A DNA stretch of 22,015 bases, taken from assembly GCA_038209745.1 (NCBI GenBank), contig JBBQXJ010000079.1:1-22015 (forward strand). Direction: 5' to 3'. Positions 18,428 through 22,015 of the stretch are shown piece by piece (position 1 is the first letter of the stretch; each line of letters starts with the position of its first letter). The notes beneath the pieces are model-generated. The model searched no databases, was not told the origin of the DNA, and worked only from the letters and a program-made list of their open reading frames with translations. The translations under genes were made by a program, and so were the position numbers. This DNA comes from Verrucomicrobiota bacterium. Lineage in GTDB: Bacteria > Verrucomicrobiota > Verrucomicrobiia > Limisphaerales > CANJSG01.

Positions 18428-20917
18428 ATGCAAATGCCTCATCCAATGCTTGTAATGCTCGCCTCTCTAACACAGAGTTCAAGTGTGTCAAAGGATTCCC
18501 TTGGTAGCCAACAAAACGGTCGTGATGAGTTTTCCAGAACAACGAAAGAGCTGCTGGCGAAGCGCGCTGGATTTAGATGCTCAATATGTCAAAAGCCTAC
18601 TGTAGGTCCGCATTCCGATGCGGGGCAGTCGATATATCTTGGAGAAGCTTCTCACATATACTCCGCTGCTCCTAATGGCCCGCGTGCAAACCAAAACTTA
18701 ACCTCTGAAGAGCGTTCCGCCCACACGAACGGGATCCATTTGTGTAAACTACACGGTCGTCTCGTCGATTTGGATGAGTCTGAATACACCGTCGAAAAGC
18801 TACATTGTATCAAGGAAGCTCATGTGCAAAAAATCCGCAATGAATGCGGGTGGGAAATAGATGGTCTATATGATCCTCACTTCTTATCAGGTCACGAAAC
18901 TCAGATCATACACAAAAGAGGAGCTCCAACCCTGACTGAAACATGGGTTCAACGCCATGTGTCGCAACCCCACGTTAAGAGCGGTATAGTTAAGCGAGAT
19001 ATTGCTTCTATTCTCACAACTGAGTCTGGGATCGTGATTTTGACGGGCGACCAATCCTCTGGCCGCACTTCTGCCTTGAAACGCCTGGTCTCCGATTCAA
19101 TCACGAAAAAATGCTGCATCTGGCTAAAGGGTGAAGATCTAACCGAGAGTGAGATTAAGGATCCTATTCGTTGCTTGTCGCGCGGACATAAACGCATTCA
19201 TCAAACCACAGACGGTCAGGATGATCTACTTGAAGCTCCAGACAATAGAACACTTATAGTAGTTGAAGATCTACATCGCTCAAGTGTCAACCACGCCACA
19301 AAGCGAAAGTTTCTGTCACTGTTGTCGAGTCTTTCCAGTCTGGTGATTGTGACTCTTGGAGACGCCTTCTTTCTTGAGTTGTGCGCGATCTCTCAAAACG
19401 ACGGTCTTAAAATTACTCAATGGCGGATTGGAGAGCTTTCAAGGACCGACTGCGCGGATATGGCGGCCCAATGGTGCCGTTTTGGAGCCGATACGACGCC
19501 CGATCACGAGCTGGATGCACGCATAGCGTCAACTCAGGAGCAATTGGAGATTCTTTTTGGGAGAAAACTTATGCCTAGGCATCCTGTTTATGTTCTGACA
19601 GCTCTTCAACTAATTGACGTTGGCACTCCGATGAACACTCACGTAGGAAGCTTCGGAGGAGTCTATGAAACGATCATCCATTTTGCCATTTCCAAAAACG
19701 CTCGTTCTCCTGCTGAAATCAGTAGCGAACGCTCCTATCTTCAAGAGTTAGCCTTCTGCAATGAGTCTTATCGTGATGATATAACGAGGACGGAATTTAA
19801 CCAATGGTTTTCCAAGTTTAAGGATATTACTTTGAAAAAGACATTGGAATTGGAATTCGCTGTGATAGAGAAGGGCTTTCTTTCTCGTGATCACTGTGGT
19901 TTCCGTTTCAATTATCAAAAGTGCTACTTTTTAGCTGCGTTTCTTAGAGACAATCAGCAGCGCGAAGGAGTCAAGGCCTACATTTCTCGATTGGTTGTCG
20001 AGTGCTGGAACGAGGATTTCGCAAACACGGCCCTATTTCTTGCTTACTTACAGCCAAGTTCATTTCTTACGGAAGCGTTGCTTGCCGAGATAAATGGTTT
20101 ATTTAGCGATCAATCAAGATTCGACTTTTCCACTTGGACGATAGAGACTCCTTTTCCAGTGGGATTTTTTCGCGGCCTTTCGTTTACGACCGATCCAGAG
20201 TCTAATCGCCGTAAACTCGCTGAGAGGCTCGATGAAACTTCCCCGCTGGATTCCTCCGAGTGCGACGCTTTCGACGGTACTAGTCAAAACGAGGAACACG
20301 ATTGTCGGTTAACGGACTACCTCAAAGGACATCATGCAATCAGACTGATAGGACAATTGATCAGAAACTCGCCAATTGCCTTCAATGCGGATCAAAAGGG
20401 TGAGCTCGTGAGAGCTGGATTTGATTTGAGTTTGCGACTCGTCAGTTTCGCTCAGGAAATTTGTGGTCCCGCCGCTCTTCAAAATGCCGCATTGAGCGGC
20501 CTTCAAGGCAAAGTGCTGAAGCAAAATGATCGCGCTGAGATTGAAGCGAAGCTTTCTGGTTTGATCTACAGTCTATCTGTTTTCTTGGCATTTTCTCCAA
20601 TTCGCCATGCCTGTCATTTTCTTGCCCATCCAGATCTGGAGCTTACCTATAAAAGGGTTTTGCAGAAGGGTCCAGATGATCATGAGCGCACTACTCTGGC
20701 TCTTTTGGAGTGCGGTCTCGATTTTGAATTGAGATCCCCGAACATTGAACGACTTAGAAAGGCCTACAAAGACCTGCCTTTGGCCAGTCAAGATATTCTG
20801 CACCTATGGACCAGCATCTTTCTCAATTTCAATCGAGTCCCCGTTTCAAAAAGGCAGGCGATTCTGGATAGCGTTGACATGTCCCATTCAAGGCAGTTGC
20901 TTCGTCCCAACGGCTAG
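18428..20917 (+). CDS. HNH endonuclease-STAND/NACHT-like P-loop NTPase fusion (candidate NLR-like defence protein)
   Basis: 829-aa uninterrupted AT-richer ORF. The N-terminal zinc-binding HNH-type domain reads RDEF...LAKRAGFRCSIC...GEASHI..A...GPR...ERS..NGIHLCKLH..LVD..E..YTVEKL..IK..H. Walker A-like IVILTGDQSSGRT (~19030-19070) and Walker B-like LIVVEDLH (~19255-19280) follow, then a long predicted helical C-terminus. An alternative GTG start lies at 18485. Confidence 0.82.
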   Translation: MQMPHPMLVMLASLTQSSSVSKDSLGSQQNGRDEFSRTTKELLAKRAGFRCSICQKPTVGPHSDAGQSIYLGEASHIYSAAPNGPRANQNLTSEERSAHTNGIHLCKLHGRLVDLDESEYTVEKLHCIKEAHVQKIRNECGWEIDGLYDPHFLSGHETQIIHKRGAPTLTETWVQRHVSQPHVKSGIVKRDIASILTTESGIVILTGDQSSGRTSALKRLVSDSITKKCCIWLKGEDLTESEIKDPIRCLSRGHKRIHQTTDGQDDLLEAPDNRTLIVVEDLHRSSVNHATKRKFLSLLSSLSSLVIVTLGDAFFLELCAISQNDGLKITQWRIGELSRTDCADMAAQWCRFGADTTPDHELDARIASTQEQLEILFGRKLMPRHPVYVLTALQLIDVGTPMNTHVGSFGGVYETIIHFAISKNARSPAEISSERSYLQELAFCNESYRDDITRTEFNQWFSKFKDITLKKTLELEFAVIEKGFLSRDHCGFRFNYQKCYFLAAFLRDNQQREGVKAYISRLVVECWNEDFANTALFLAYLQPSSFLTEALLAEINGLFSDQSRFDFSTWTIETPFPVGFFRGLSFTTDPESNRRKLAERLDETSPLDSSECDAFDGTSQNEEHDCRLTDYLKGHHAIRLIGQLIRNSPIAFNADQKGELVRAGFDLSLRLVSFAQEICGPAALQNAALSGLQGKVLKQNDRAEIEAKLSGLIYSLSVFLAFSPIRHACHFLAHPDLELTYKRVLQKGPDDHERTTLALLECGLDFELRSPNIERLRKAYKDLPLASQDILHLWTSIFLNFNRVPVSKRQAILDSVDMSHSRQLLRPNG

Positions 20918-20976
20918 CCGATTTGCTACGAAATGACATGCCTCAGCGATTCTGCGAGCAAAATGAGCCTTGAGAC

Positions 20977-21247
20977 ATGCCTGAGATTCGTATTCCGTTT
21001 ATTGCCTTCGCACAGTTCTCAGCAGAAGCGGCAACGAAAATTGAGGTCTATTTCTCCCCGAATGGAGAATGCAATCAGGCAATCATCAATGCTCTAGCCC
21101 ACGTCAAAAGACCATCTTGTTTCAAGCCGACAGCTTCACTTCGCCGCCCATCGCAAAGGCAGTCATTGACGCGCACAAGCGGGGAACTCGGGTGACAGTG
21201 ATCTTGGACAAGTCTCAGAATACAGCGGCGTATTCGTCAGCGGATTC
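20977..21247 (+). pseudogene. Frameshifted, 3'-truncated phospholipase D-family (Nuc-like) nuclease
   Basis: IEVYFSPNGECNQAIINAL in one frame, then KTILFQADSFTSPPIAKAVIDAHKRGTRVTVILDKSQ..AYSSAD in another. Homology ends before the HxK catalytic motif. Confidence 0.82.
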
Positions 21248-21276
21248 CGGCGCGCTTCGCGCTCCCTGTCGAACAT

Positions 21277-21319
21277 CCGAGGCGGTCGCTCGGACGCGAC
21301 CGCCTCGGTTTTGCGTTTT
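21277..21319 (+). terminator. Rho-independent terminator-like hairpin
   Basis: Perfect 13-bp stem CCGAGGCGGTCGC / GCGACCGCCTCGG with loop TCGGAC, followed by TTTTGCGTTTT. It lies between the convergent PLD and integrase remnants. Confidence 0.65.
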
Positions 21320-21533
21320 CAGGCGGCTTTCTCGAAGCTCTCTAGCGTCGGGACGATGACATACGCCTTGCGGGCGTAGTGGCGGTGAACGGCGGTGCTG
21401 GAATGGCCGAGGTTGGCCATCGCGAACCGCTCCGGCATTCCGACTTTGAAGGCGCGTTCCGCCCATGCGTAGCGGTAGGAATGCAGGCTCACGCCCGACA
21501 CTCCGTCCCGTCTTGCCCGTTTCAGAAGGGAGG
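21319..21533 (-). pseudogene. Tyrosine recombinase/integrase, C-terminal catalytic fragment
   Basis: GVSGVSLHSYRYAWAERAFKVGMPERFAMANLGHSSTAVHRHYAR contains HxxR, LGH and the catalytic Tyr. The 5' part is missing, and the fragment abuts the 25-bp motif at 21534-21558. Confidence 0.85.
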
Positions 21534-21558
21534 ATACAAAGGGACAGGTCAATAGTCA
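21534..21558 (-). repeat. 25-bp motif, copy 2
   Basis: The + strand reads ATACAAAGGGACAGGTCAATAGTCA, the inverted partner of 18264-18288. It contains the TGA stop of the upstream minus-strand ORF. Confidence 0.92.
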
Positions 21559-21809
21559 CCTTTCTCATTCTCACGAATCACCTTGCCCGCCTTGTCGTAG
21601 ATAATCGTTTTCTCAGCCACAACGGCCTTTTTGGCTACATCGAGATAAATGAGCGATTTTCTGACGGTGTCCGCATCTTGACCACTATCGGATAGCACCA
21701 ACTTTCCGTTCCCAGCTTCCTGAATGGTATCGCAAGAATTAGGCATACCAATGCATCTTCCAAAAACAGAATTTGCGGCTTTGATTTGAATGTCTTCGCC
21801 TGTATCCAT
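21549..21809 (-). CDS. AT-rich hypothetical ORF, probably the 3' fragment of a larger gene
   Basis: MDTGEDIQIKAANSVFGRCIGMPNSC...EKTIIYDKAGKVIRENEKGDY has protein-like composition. The frame stays open upstream into the hairpin at 21825, and the stop lies inside the 25-bp motif. No family recognised. Confidence 0.5.
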   Translation of the reverse strand: MDTGEDIQIKAANSVFGRCIGMPNSCDTIQEAGNGKLVLSDSGQDADTVRKSLIYLDVAKKAVVAEKTIIYDKAGKVIRENEKGDY

Positions 21810-21824
21810 TTTGAAAATATGGTA

Positions 21825-21856
21825 AGGGGACTTCCAAAAACCGACCTTTTTGGAAG
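21825..21856. repeat. Palindromic hairpin element, copy 2 (inverted; outer arm shortened)
   Basis: AGGGGACTTCCAAAAACCGACCTTTTTGGAAG. The loop CCGACC is the reverse complement of copy 1's GGTCGG, which fixes the orientation. Confidence 0.95.
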
Positions 21857-22015
21857 AGGGGCGTTGAAAATGGAAATGGGAAAGCAAAGGGGAAGACCCG
21901 GGGTGGCCCGATGGAAGGGTGCGGCTGGAGCTGCGTTGGACGGAAGGGGGTCGCGAGGGGTGAGGAAGGGGGTTATTGGGGGGGCGGGTCCGGCTTTTCG
22001 TCTGCACCTCAGGCG

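Larger units (their letters stand above)
17963..21856. mobile_element. Putative accessory/defence island bounded by nested inverted repeats
   Basis: A drop in GC (judged by eye) from ~18300 to ~21250 and again at 21550-21830, an integrase remnant, truncated genes at the motif junctions, and two pairs of inverted repeats. No target-site duplication was found. Confidence 0.55.

Noticed and set aside
17955..21865. Target-site duplication flanking the island
   Set aside because: The outer flanks (CTATAG on the left, AGGGGCG on the right) share no direct repeat, so a classical composite transposon is not demonstrated.
21810..22007. N-terminal 66 aa of ORF 21549-22007
   Set aside because: Pro/Ser-rich read-through of the G-rich flank and hairpin; not credible as coding.

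Overview
GC-rich bacterial window, most consistent with a Verrucomicrobiota/PVC genome (inferred from the gene families present). Positions 1-17700 hold ordinary chromosomal genes: the end of a secreted protein, a PVC-type dehydrogenase/CxxCH cytochrome, a second CxxCH protein, a lipoprotein sulfatase, an atypical ClpX paralogue, an alpha/beta hydrolase, cvfB, a three-gene PAS-kinase/HD-GYP signalling operon and dctA. Decayed remnants (vapC, an internally deleted IS630, an RND permease) are scattered among them. Positions 17960-21860 form a visibly AT-richer accessory island. Its core is an intact 829-aa gene fusing an HNH nuclease to a STAND-like NTPase (candidate NLR-like anti-phage protein), followed by broken PLD-nuclease and tyrosine-integrase genes. 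The island is framed by two nested pairs of inverted repeats: a 32-bp hairpin motif (perfect match) and a 25-bp motif (24/25 match). On each side the two motifs enclose an unrelated gene fragment of almost the same length (264 and 266 bp). This architecture is the most unexplained signal in the window. No rRNA, tRNA or CRISPR array was seen.
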